NCBI GenBank assembly: GCA_951406725.2
Contig: OX597816.1
Location: forward strand, 60,078,001 to 60,142,000
DNA from: Octopus vulgaris
Taxonomy: Eukaryota
Direction: 5' to 3'
DNA length: 64,000 nucleotides
In this document: positions 52,484 through 64,000 of the stretch, piece after piece
Position numbering within the stretch: the first letter of the stretch is position 1
How the letters are laid out: each line of letters starts with the position of its first letter
Notes under the pieces: model-generated
The model's database searches: none
The model's input: the letters and a program-made list of their open reading frames with translations, nothing else
What the model was told of the DNA's origin: nothing
Translations under genes and position numbers: made by a program

Positions 52484-52696
52484 CCTTTCTGCTATAGGCA
52501 CAGGGCCTGAAATTTTTGGGGGAGACGAGCCGATTACACCGACCCAGTGCGTAACTGGTACTTAATTTATTGATCCCGAAAGGATGAAAGGCAAAGTTTG
52601 ACCTCAGTGGTATTTGAACTCAGAATGTAGCGGCCAGGCGAAATACCGCTTAAGCATTTTGCCCGTGTACTAATGATTCTGCCAGCTTGCTGCCTT
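52484..52696 (-). mobile_element. SINE family D (MetaSINE-like domain); copies near 5575, 33672, 43925, 44172, 55780, 57443, 57945
   Basis: Minus strand aggcagcaagctggcagaatc...gagttcaaat...gcctttcatcctttcgggatcaataaattaagtaccag; the central motif resembles the Meta domain (from memory); usually next to (TAA)n. Confidence 0.7.
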
Positions 52697-52773
52697 AATA
52701 ATAATAATAATAATAATGATGATGATGATGATGACGACACTGATGATGGTGAAGATGACACTGATGATAATGA

Positions 52774-52804
<31 letters not shown>

Positions 52805-53477
52805 GCTGACACTGATGATGGATGATAGGGATGATTAGGATATTAATGATGCCTAATGTAAGGCTATAATTTTTAACTGTAGCTTATCAGATTGATTTTA
52901 TCTTGGTAGTTGACTGCTACATATTTTGTTGCTGCCCCCCCCCCCGCCCCACCTTTATCCATCCTAATGGATGAAAGATAAAGATGACCCAGGTAAAATT
53001 TGAATTCCAAATGTAAAACGGCTGTAATTAAGTCTAAGGTATTTATAGTCTTGCACTCTACCATTTCCATCACCAATTTTTCCGTTTAATTGCTGAAATT
53101 TTTATCAGTTTTCCCGTTATTAAGCTGACAGCTCCCCATGGGATCTGCTAAAGTGGAGATAACTACTCCTTCCCTCTCCTTGACATCACTACAGCTAATC
53201 ACTCACTGATTGATGATGTTTCTGATGAGGAAACTGCTCTACTATTTGTCTCTGTTTAGCACACTAGTGTGAGATAAATAATTTATCAAATATAACAACA
53301 TGCTTTGCCAAGAGGTTCAAGGAAGATAACATATTTAATATAGTGTGGATGTGTGGAATGTATAAAGATGAGAGAGAAATTGCCACACAATACTGAACTG
53401 AGGCTGCAATTATACAACTTCAAATTTTTTTTTCCTGTATCAACAGTGTAGGCACCACACAGCCATGCCTGTGTAGG

Positions 53478-53665
53478 CACAGGCGTGGCTGTGCAGTAAG
53501 AAGCTTGCTTTCCAACCACATGGTTCTGGGTTCAGTCCCACTGCATGGCACCTTGTGAGTGTATTTGTTCACGCATGCGTGTGTGTGTGTGCGTGTGTAT
53601 GTGTGTGTATGCGCATGTGTGTGTGTATGTGTGTGCATGCGTGTGTGCGTGTGTGTGCGTGTGTG

Positions 53666-53713
<48 letters not shown>

Positions 53714-53832
53714 TGTGTCTGTGTGTCTTTGTGTCTGTGTTCATTCCCTGCCACCCTTTGACAACTGGTGTTGGTGTGTGTTTGTGTCCCCATAACTTAG
53801 CAGTGCAGCAAAACAGATTGATAGAATAGGTA
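53478..53832 (+). mobile_element. SINE family A with inverted head duplication
   Basis: cacagccatgcctgtg-tagg-cacaggcgtggctgtg at 53458-53493. Confidence 0.7.
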
Positions 53833-55367
53833 CCACAATCATCATCATCATCATCATTGTTCAACGTCTACCTTTTGCAAACACTGTTAATGATAATCCC
53901 TTGTCTGAGAAACGAGCCATGTGAGAAAGGGTGTGAGTAGGTGTCTGTGTTTGTGTGAGTCTTCCACTAATGCTCAACAACTATGTCTCCATAACTTAAT
54001 GGTTCAACTAAAAGAGACCAACAGAATAAGCACTAAACTTAAATAAGCATCAAACAGTGTCCCAGCATGGTTGCCATCCAATGACTCAAAGAAGCAAAAA
54101 GATTTTTAAAAATAACAATTATATATCTAAGTGTGGTGGGTTGACTAAACCACTAGGATGTTAGACAAAATGCTAAATTATATTTTGCAGTATTTGTTCC
54201 AGGACTTGAATTTTCTGAATTCAAAACCTTCAGAGGTCAACTTTCTCTTACACCCTTGTGAAGTAAAAGGGTAAAGACCCCCTTTGGTCATGAATGACCA
54301 TGAGATTGCACCTAGAAAGTTCCCGTCCTAGGCACAAGTCCAGGCAAGGTTGATTATGGAAGGCCAGTAATTGCCATTGCATACCAGCCTCCCTTCTTTA
54401 CACCACTGATGTTATCCAAGGGAAAGGCAAAGGCTGATACAGCTTGGCACCAGTGACATAGCAACTGAAGCAACGTGAAATAAAATGTCTTATTCAAGAA
54501 CACAACGCATAGCCCAGTCTGGGATTCAAACTCACTACCACATGATCATGAGCCCAATGCTTTAACCACTGAGCCATGCATCTTGTGAAGTAGTAGCATA
54601 GCTAAAGGGAGTGATGGTGGGAGTGGTCTGCCTCTGGTTACGCTTTTATGGAGGCAACATTTTTGGGTCTGTTGTATAAGCCTGTATATAGGGGCCTGGG
54701 TGACAGTAGACTAAGGCTGGCCTGGGCTACACACTCTCTAGGTCTGCCTGGCCACTGTGCTGAAGCCAATGAAATAAAGTACTCTTCAGGCACTCTTTTG
54801 CTATTTTGCAACTTATCCAAATAACAAGGTTTTTGAGAATTTGGGATTGTTGTCTGTGAAACAAGTAATATTTTGGCAAAACTAAATAATAGTGCTTGCA
54901 AAATTAATAGAAAATTCCTGGCACACATACACACACCCACACAGAAGAGCTTCTGTCTAATAAGTCGAGCTAAGGCTAGAGATTATAGTAGAAGATCAAG
55001 GTGCCATGCAGTAATATAGAACTTGAAACCATATTGTTACAAACTATACTTTTCTATTCAGAAAGTCATGCTTAAAGCCTCTGTGTGTGTGTGTGTGTGT
55101 GTGCATGCGTGTGTGTGTGTGTGTGTGTGCGTGTATAAGATGTAAACTTTACTAATGTTTAGTGGGGTTATCAGCTTCCAGTAGATAAGATAAAACTACT
55201 CTAGATCTTGTATTGAGTGCTCTCTTTTCTCCTTTCCTTATTACACTATTTCTTGTGGCAAAACTCCTGCATACTGATATATATGAGTATAAATATATAT
55301 GCATGCATATATATGCTAGTACATGAACATGCATCTCTCTCTCTCTCTCTTTCCCTGTCCCTCTCTC

Positions 55368-55423
<56 letters not shown>

Positions 55424-55701
55424 CATACTTATATATATATCAGTTGGTAAAGAATAAATGATTACTGATTTTACACTAAGCTGACACATTTGTATTATGA
55501 AACCATCCAAATACACACACACACACACACATACACAGGAACTCGAATGGTACATCAGTGTTCACAAGTGAGCCAACAGACTTGTCACAATATGGACTTT
55601 CAGAGTGAATGATGAGTCTCAGACTTGTAGGTGTCAATTTCAGTTTGCTAGTCAACCTAACTCAAGCTGGAAATAGATGGATACATGGACATAAAGAGCA
55701 A

Positions 55702-55762
<61 letters not shown>

Positions 55763-55993
55763 TAATGATAATAATGGTTTGAAATTTTGGCACAAGGTAA
55801 GCAGTTTTTGAGGGAAGGTGTAAGTCAATTACATTGACCCCAGTACTTGACTGCTAAATATTTTATTGATTCCAGGAAGATGAAAGGCAAACGTTAGCCT
55901 TAGTGGAATTTAAACTCAAGATGTAAGAATGGATAAAAAAACTGCTAAGCATTTTGTCTGGCATGCTAACAGTTCTGCTAGTTCACCACCTTA

Positions 55994-56027
<34 letters not shown>

Positions 56028-56419
56028 CCTTAACCAGTTGAGCATGTCTCTTAGTGGCTGACGATATGTACATCTCTAATCCCAAGCAGAAGTAGTGGGG
56101 AAGCATCATAGCCATGTGCTGAGAGGAATTCTTTGGGGTTAGGATAATTCACCTTTGGAAACATGGGTGTGTCATTCAACATCCTTAAACAACCTTTATT
56201 CGGGGTCATTTTAAGTGGGATGGGCTACACAACCTGAAGAAAATTCTAACTGGGTTTCACATCCAAGGTCATATACTTTTAATCTTGATATAAGATCACC
56301 ATGTTGCGCACATATGGTTGCGATGCATGTGCCTGGTGTACCCTTATCAGACAGGTAGTCATGATGGGTATACTGGTCTTTGTATATTTTACCCCACTCA
56401 GTAATAATAATAATAATAG

Positions 56420-57309
56420 TCTGAAAAATTATGTTGTACACAGTAAAGAAAGAATACTATTGGCAGCCAATGATACTCAAAAAGTAACTGAAACAGTAGG
56501 AGAATTGAAACCAAAAAGGAAACAACAGAACCAACAAATGGAAAGAACCACATGACCATTTCATACAAGAAACCAAGATGATTGGAATTAAAGATTGCTG
56601 GCTCTGGTTGATGGACATAAATTTTAAATGAGAGACAAAAATGCTAATTTTTATTGCTAAGGAACAAACCTTTAAAAAAAATTTGATAAAGACAAAGATC
56701 AATAAAAGTTATTCAGGTAGTTAATGTAGATAAAAGCATCAATCACCTTTTGACTGAGTGCAGTATACTAAGAGATAAAGAGTATAAGTGCAGACATGAC
56801 TAGGCAACAGAGTGGATTAGGTCATTAGCTGGGTGTGTGGCTTCAAAACAACAGAAAAGTGGTATGAACATGAACCAGAGGCTGTGATAGAAAATGAGAG
56901 TTACAAGATCTTATGGGATTTCCCCATAAAGATTGACCATATTATTGAAGTGAGAAGACCAAATATGATTGTAGAGGACAAAATAAACTAACAATGTAAG
57001 ATCATAGATTTTGCATTTCGCTATGATACCAAAGAAATTGAAAAAATTGAGAAGTATCAGGATCTAGCCAGAGAGTTGTGGAGACTGTGGAAGACCAAGA
57101 CAACAATTATTTCTGTGGTAATTGATGCACTTAGCACAACGCCCAAAACGCTACCTAAAAGACTGAATGAAATTGGAATTAAAACTTGTATTGTTGACCC
57201 TCAGGAAAGTACCATCTTATATTCTGTAAGAATCTTAAGAAAGATTCTTAAGATTTTGAGGAGACTTGTCACCAAATGTCAAGATAAAATAGCTGCCAAC
57301 AAAATTAGC

Positions 57310-57349
<40 letters not shown>

Positions 57350-57369
57350 TAATAATAATAATAGTAGTA

Positions 57370-57439
<70 letters not shown>

Positions 57440-57440
57440 T
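56420..57440 (+). mobile_element. R4/Dong-like LINE 3' relic (Zn knuckle and restriction-like endonuclease) within (TAA)n
   Basis: SINHLLTECS..KEYKCRHD, KWYEHEPEAVIENESYKILWDFPI..RRPNMIV, KEIEKIEKYQDLARELWRLW..ISVVIDAL; (taa)n at 56402 and 57311-57440. Confidence 0.8.
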
Positions 57441-58249
57441 AATCCTTTATACTATAGGCACAAGGCCTGGATTTTTGCGGTAAGGGGGCCAATTAATTAC
57501 ATTGATTCCAGTGTTTGACTGGTACATAATTTATTGACCCTAAAAGGATGAAAAGCAAAGTCGAACTCATTGTAATTTGAACTCAGAATGTAAAGACAGA
57601 CGAGATGCTGCTAAGCATTTTGCCCAGTGTGCTAACGATACTGCCAGTTCACTACCTTAATAATGATGACGATGATGATGATGTTTTCTGATTTAGGCAC
57701 AAGACCACCAATTTTAAGGGGAGGAAGTCAATTGGTACCACTGACCTCACTTGCCTGATACTTTATTTTAATGACCATGAAAGAATGAAAGGTGAAACTG
57801 ATCATGGTAAGAATTATACCCAAAATAAAAAGAGTCATAGTAAACAACATAAATAATTCTTTTCCAACAATCTAATGATTTTTATTTCTTTATTGCCCAC
57901 AAGGGGCTAAACATAGAGGGGACAAACAAGGACAAACAAAGGGATTAAGTTGATTAGATTGACCCCAGTGCATAACTGGTACTTAATTTATCGACCCCGA
58001 AAGGATGAAAGGCAAAGTCGACCTCAGCAAAATTTGAACTCAGAACGTAACAGCAGACAAAATACCACTAAGCACTTCTCCTGGCATGCTAATGTTTCTG
58101 CCAGCTCGCCACAGAATCTAATGATTCTATCAACTTACTATATTGATAATCCCTTCTATCAAAGACACAAGGCCTCAAATTGGAGGGGGTGGGATAGTCG
58201 ATTACATCGACCCCAGTGTTTCACTGGTATTTATTATTAAATAAATAGC

Positions 58250-58740
58250 AATTTCTTATATTTTTCATGAGGGGCATTGCAAAAACAACTTTGGGATTTT
58301 CACAGAATTAAAGAAAGAAAACTAAAAACAAGCATAGAAAACAAAACTAAAAGAAGGAATAGACAAAGATGTCCTAATAGGGGACTTATCACATTAGAAC
58401 GAACAAGGAATCCTACAAATTTAGGATTACCCTGACTCTAAAAGGCAAGTACCTTTTCCTGGCAGGAATATGTTGAGAGGACATTCATTCTACTGAGCCA
58501 TTGTCACCATTCTCTTCCACCTTTGAGAAAATTCACAGGAGAACAGCATGTTGCTCTCCAACCTTATCTTCTTCTTCTAGGTGATGAGGGCTTAGCTAAT
58601 GAGGAAAGTATTTGTCCTTAGTTCTTTCAACCTTATTCACTGTACAACCTTCCACATTTTAGCAAATGCCATATGCAACCTAGACACTTCATGCTGAATC
58701 TGCACTGACTTAATGAACAGAAACCTTGAAAAAGGTTTGT
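58250..58740 (-). mobile_element. Probable L1/Tx1-type LINE 3' relic
   Basis: Decayed minus-strand peptide resembling Tx1 ORF2 ends (AK..VV..IRLK.LRTNTFL); weak. Confidence 0.4.
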
Positions 58741-59133
58741 TTACCAACCACATGGTTCCGGGTTCAGTCCCACTGCGTGGCACCTTGGGCAAGTGTTTTC
58801 TACTATAGCCTCGGCTCGACCAAAGCCTTGTGAGTGGATTTGGTAGATGGAAACTGAAAGAAGCCCATTGTATATATGTATATATATATGTGTGTGTGTG
58901 TATATGTTTGTGTGTCTGTGTTTGCCCTTCCCCCCAACATCGCTTGACAACCGATGCTGGTGTGTTTACGTCGCTGTAACTTAGCGGTTCGGCAAAAGAG
59001 ACCAGTAGAATAAGTACTAGGCTTACAAAGAATAAGTCCTGGGGTCGATTTGATTTGACTAAAGGTGGTGCTCCAGCATGGCCACAGTCAAATGGCTGAA
59101 ACAAGTAAAAGAGTAAAAGAGTAAAGAGTAAAA
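58741..59133 (+). mobile_element. SINE family A, slightly 5' truncated
   Basis: Family consensus with (agtaaaag)n tail. Confidence 0.85.
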
Positions 59134-60559
59134 GCGTGGGTCTCTTCAACAACAAAAGACACAGTCACTGTGTATATATCAACAGAACGTTATCAGAGTA
59201 GTAGAGTTTGGAAGAAGGCTAGAGAGTTACAGATTCAGCTGTTTGAAGTTCACCATCAAATCCTTGTAGTCATTAATGGTCTAAGATGCTATGTCATATT
59301 TAAGTGTTGGGCCAATGCTTTTCCTCAAGATTATAATAATGATAATATTAATAATAATGATAACAATAATGATGATGATGATAGGAGGAAGTCAATTGAT
59401 ACACTGACCCTTACTCGCCTGGTATTTTATTTTATAGTCAACACAGCAAGCTACCAAGAGGTCTTTGTGCACTTTATGCTTTCATCAGCCAACAAACTAT
59501 TTGGTGATGCAAGATTTCTGTTCCAGTAAGGCTTGACGCCTGCACACAGTGCCAAAACTACCACTGCCTGGTTTGCTTTTCATCACACCAATGTGCTCTC
59601 TTGACCAGTTAACTCAGCTGACTTGAAACTGATAGCGAATTAATAAACTTGTTTCCACCCAGCAAACAGGCAGAGCTGAAGGCGGCTTTTAGGTCTCCAT
59701 CACACCAGAGCCATGTCACAGTTTGGCTTCCTCTAGGCCATGACATTTTCAGGCATATTCTGGTGCCCATAGAAGCTCCAACAAAGAACTAATTCACATA
59801 CTGTACACACTTTACAATTTGTGATAAACTTGCTTTACTATAGCTTCAGGTTGACCAAAGCCTTGAAATGGATTTCATAGATGGAAATTGAGAGAACGAA
59901 ACGGTAATATGATGTAAACAAAGAAGGGTGTGACTCAGTGAGTGATGCAGATGGCCATTTCAATAACAAATAAAATCCACCCAACAAATTTCTTCACTGC
60001 TTCTATCAACACAGTTTTCACTAAGAAGGTCAAGGCTGACTCGAGGCTATGGCTCTACTGTGTGACTGAACAAAAGACCTTGTGATTGCAAAGCAAACCA
60101 TTTAGCCATTTGACCATGCCTGCTATATAGAATCCCACTTCTCAAACAAGCCTACTTTGTTCGTAATTGCAGGAGAGATAGCATTTCAGGTTTATCATGA
60201 TGTAATACTAACTTAGTGATCGCTGGAATCTAATGATCAGATAAGAACAGATAGGGAAATGAGGGAAGAAATGAATGTATGTGGTGTGTGTATACATACT
60301 TGCGGGTATGTGAATGTATGAATATGCATGTATGTGTATGTAAGCATGCATCTGTGAGTGTGAGTATATGTCCATGTATATATGTGTGAGTGTATTTGTG
60401 TATGTCAGTCTCTCAGTTTGTATACATACCCTGTGTGTGTATATGTGTGCGTCTGTCTTTATGTATCTATGCCTGTACCTGTGTCTGTACGCTTATGTAT
60501 ATGTGTGTATGTCTGAGCATGTGTTAATGTCTGTCTTTGTGTGTGTGTGTACATGCACC

Positions 60560-60601
<42 letters not shown>

Positions 60602-61744
60602 TATGTATGTATCGTTGTAAGGAAGTGAAGGGAGAGATGCAGGGAAGGTATAGAGAAAGAGAGAGTGAATGAAAGAGAGTATGATAAAAGAGGGTTTGAG
60701 TTCAAGAACGGTTTTGATTATAAGGTAGGGGTTAAAATTAGGCAGCAAATGCGTGTTCAGATGTGTGTACATGTGTGTGTGTGTGTAAGAGAGAGAGAGA
60801 GAGAGAGAGTATGTGTGTGTGTGTAAGAGAGAGAGAATGTATGTGTGTGTGCGTGTGTGTATTAGGAATAAGAGACAAAGGTTGTGTACATGTTGAGAAA
60901 AACAGAGAGAGGGAGGGGGCGGCAGGAGGAATAAGTTGAATGTAATTGACTGAGAAGGGGGGGAGAAGAAAAGAGAGGAAGAACTAAAATAAGAAGTTGG
61001 GTACAAAGAGAAATGCAGAGAAAAAGATGATGAGAGAGAAAGAGAGAGAGAGGGAGAAAGAAAGAGAGAGATAATGATGATGACGAGAGGCAGACAGAAA
61101 CAGAGTAAATGAGAGCAGGAAAGATGCAGAGAAAAATAGAGAGAAAGTTAGTGAGAGAGAGAGAGAGAGGGGGGAGAGAGAAAGATATAGGGATAAAAAA
61201 AGATGTAGGTGAGAGAGAAGTAGAGGGAGAGACATGTAAGTGAGAGGAATAGAGGGATGCAGAGATGTGAGACAGAGGGATAAATGTAGGTGAAACATGA
61301 AAGCCTTAGAAAGAGAGAGGAGGAGAGAGGAGGAGAGAGAGATGGGGAGAGAGAGGAGGAGAGAGAGAGAGAGAGTTGGACAGTATTCAGTGTTCTAAAA
61401 TTTGCGTATTAATGTTTGAGAAGAGGCTAAATGTGTTTTTACTCCTCAGTCCAAGAGAGGAGTACTCACACTCCAGTAGTAAACAGATGACTTTCTGTAT
61501 TGACTCACACAGAATGAATATATACAAACATACATACATAGATGCACGCACACGAGTGTGTGTGAGTGTGTGTATAAATATATGCAAATACATACACACA
61601 TGAAGAAAGGGAGAGAGGCCACACATAAGCATGCACACCCACACACATATGTGTATGTGTGAGCATGTATATTATCACTTATGTTGTTTATAGATATATA
61701 TAGATGTATGAGTGTGTGTATGTGTGTGTGTGTGTGTCTGTCTG

Positions 61745-61841
<97 letters not shown>

Positions 61842-61904
61842 TATCATACAGACTCTTGCTCATGTACAGACACCACAGACATGTATGTATATAATATATG
61901 TATG

Positions 61905-61952
<48 letters not shown>

Positions 61953-61968
61953 TGTGTGTGTGTGTATG

Positions 61969-62009
<41 letters not shown>

Positions 62010-62786
62010 TGAGAGAGAGAATGAGAGTAGGAAAAAGAGAGATAGAGAGAGATCCGAATGAAAGGAAGATTTGAGTGGAGATTGTGTAGAAGAGTTAGTT
62101 ACTGGGTGAATTTAGATTATCTTTGGCCAATTGATAGAGAATTCTGCCAGACAAGAAAGTTAACTGTACTAGCAAGATAAGGAATAGTCTGTAGATAAAA
62201 TTATAAGGAACTCTTATCATCGTCTACTGCATCTCTGATAACTATTGAGCCAATGAAGGACCAGTTAGGTGGTCTTTTGACCTTGAGCAAACAGCAGCCT
62301 AAATATCTGAAATTCTCACCATATTGTGTCTTAAGAAAGTAAGTGCACATGCCATAATGTTCCCCTAAATATTGATAACAAGATGGGATGGCTTTCCTTG
62401 GAATGCTTTTGATCGTAGGTTTGCTTGACTAAGGTTAACGATATATAATTAATCCTCTTAGTATCCTGTGCTACTGCATACAAGAGCTCTTGGTCCTCCC
62501 TGCCTCCTCTCATCTAGCAGTTTGATCAAATGGGAACAGAAGTGCTTGGGTGAATGTTCTGGTTGCCATATTGTCACGTCACATGTCATACGCAAGCCAT
62601 GTCATACACAAGCACACACAAACACACACACACAGACACAAACATACACACACATACACATGTATGTATAGCTCATTTGTGGTGGTTGATGCCTGAGCTT
62701 GCAATATACCAAAGCTTAAGGTATAATATTAGTTTTGCAGTTTACTTATAGAATAGTATAATATAAACTACCTATTTTCTACTTGA

Positions 62787-63086
62787 GTGAAGGCGCATGG
62801 CTCAGTGGTTAGAGCATCGAGCTTACGATCGTGAGCTTGTGAGTTTGATTCTCGGACCAGGCTGCGTGTTGTGTTCTTGAGCAAGACACTTTATTTCACT
62901 CAGCTGTAGAAATGAGCTGTATCAGCCCCTTTGCCTTTCCCTTGGATAACACGGTGGTGTGGAGAGGGGAGGCTGGTATGCATGGGTGACTGCTGGCCTT
63001 CCATAAATAACCTTGCATGGACTTGTACCTCGGAGGATAACTTTCTAGGTGCAATCCCATGGTCAGTCATGACCGAAGGGGGTCTC
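62787..63086 (+). mobile_element. tRNA-derived SINE family C; inverted copies 17763-18095 and 54262-54583
   Basis: gtgaaggcgcatggctcagtggttagagc..gagtttgattc, gtgttcttgagcaagacac, tail gtcatgaccgaagggggtct. Confidence 0.8.
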
Positions 63087-63124
63087 CATTTTCTACTTGC
63101 ATCAGTTTCAATAATGAATGCTCA

Positions 63125-63342
63125 TTAACCCATTTGTTACCATATTTCTGTTGAAAAACACTGCCTTTGTTTTTGTTAATTTTAGAAATTTGGGGAAGAA
63201 TTTAGTAACTGTTGTTTTTAAGTGGTATTTGAAACATAAATAAATTTTGACGGAAGATTTCAATTTAGATATACCTTAAAACAGAAGGTTTGTATCATAG
63301 GATCTGAAGTGGTCTCGGGCAGGTTGGTATTAAAAGAGTTAA
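63125..63342 (+). mobile_element. piggyBac-like MITE (TTAA-flanked); inverted diverged copy 35847-36046
   Basis: ttaacccatttgttacc...ggtattaaaagagttaa. Confidence 0.55.
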
Positions 63343-64000
63343 TGAAGAGTTTACCCCAGAGCAGGGGTCAGTGAACCAGGGAAAATTACCCTAAGTGGGG
63401 TGAAAATGAAATTCTTGTGGGTAATGAAGACTCATTAGACATAAGTAAAATTATATAAAAAATGTGTTCCTTGTTATGACAGAAATTTTTCTCCTAGTAA
63501 CACTGCATCTGTCTAATGTAATGGATGTGTTTAGGAGATGTCATGTCATTTTGAACTACAAGCAATTTGGTAGCTAAAACATTGCCAAGTGACTAAACAG
63601 ATATTATTTGTCAGTTATCTCTTGCGTGCCATAACCTTATATTTTGACACATGTTTTTGGTTTGATTAAGTAGATTTAAGTAGTTATTCAATTCAACCCC
63701 AATTGGACCCCAAAGAATGTATCTAAATTGCTCTGGCATCAAAATACCCCAATTTTGATGTAATTGTAACAAAAATGAAACATCATTTCTCCAAAACCCT
63801 AAGTGAAAAAGTTTCTAGAAAAATCCTTTTTTTTTAATGAGGATATTAATTTATTTTATCACATTTATTTTATACATTTTATATTTATAATTATATAACA
63901 TTCACTCTATGTTGACTGATGATACAGTATGGACGGATTTTTGAAGTTCAATGATACCCTACACACATATTTGGTTATGAAGATTTACAAACATACTTTC

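Noticed and set aside
53222-53240. CTGATGAGGAAAC hammerhead-like core
   Set aside because: No room for stem II and no stem I or III pairing
45284-64000. Upstream FAM155 exon(s)
   Set aside because: No ORF with family-like Cys pattern or convincing splice sites found; likely beyond the window, though a small exon could be missed by eye

Overview
AT-rich, microsatellite-dense animal genomic DNA. The repeat families look like those of Octopus/coleoid cephalopods; this is my recognition, not a database result. One host gene is recognisable, on the minus strand: a FAM155/NALF (NLF-1/Mid1-like, NALCN auxiliary subunit) homologue. It has a 166-nt Cys-rich internal exon (45283-45118), a 32.5-kb intron and a terminal coding exon (12625-12273); upstream exons lie outside the window. 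The rest is mostly transposon debris: four tRNA-derived SINE families, RTE, CR1, R4/Dong-like and Tx1-like LINE relics, a Mag/Gypsy relic with LTR and PPT, a decayed Penelope-like RT/GIY-YIG element, a Helitron-type element and several MITEs. The most notable signal is a set of minimal type-I hammerhead ribozyme motifs inside the large intron, from several unrelated repeat families: six with a consensus CUGANGA core plus decayed copies. One sits downstream of a tRNA-derived Pol III head (SINE-hammerhead chimera). Others occur as a tandem 340-bp dimer or an inverted pair. I also flag a candidate alternative last exon that would remove the hydrophobic C-terminus, and same-subfamily RTE copies in inverted orientation at the two ends of the intron. 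All calls are by eye, repeat boundaries are approximate, and most listed ORFs are microsatellite or repeat artefacts.
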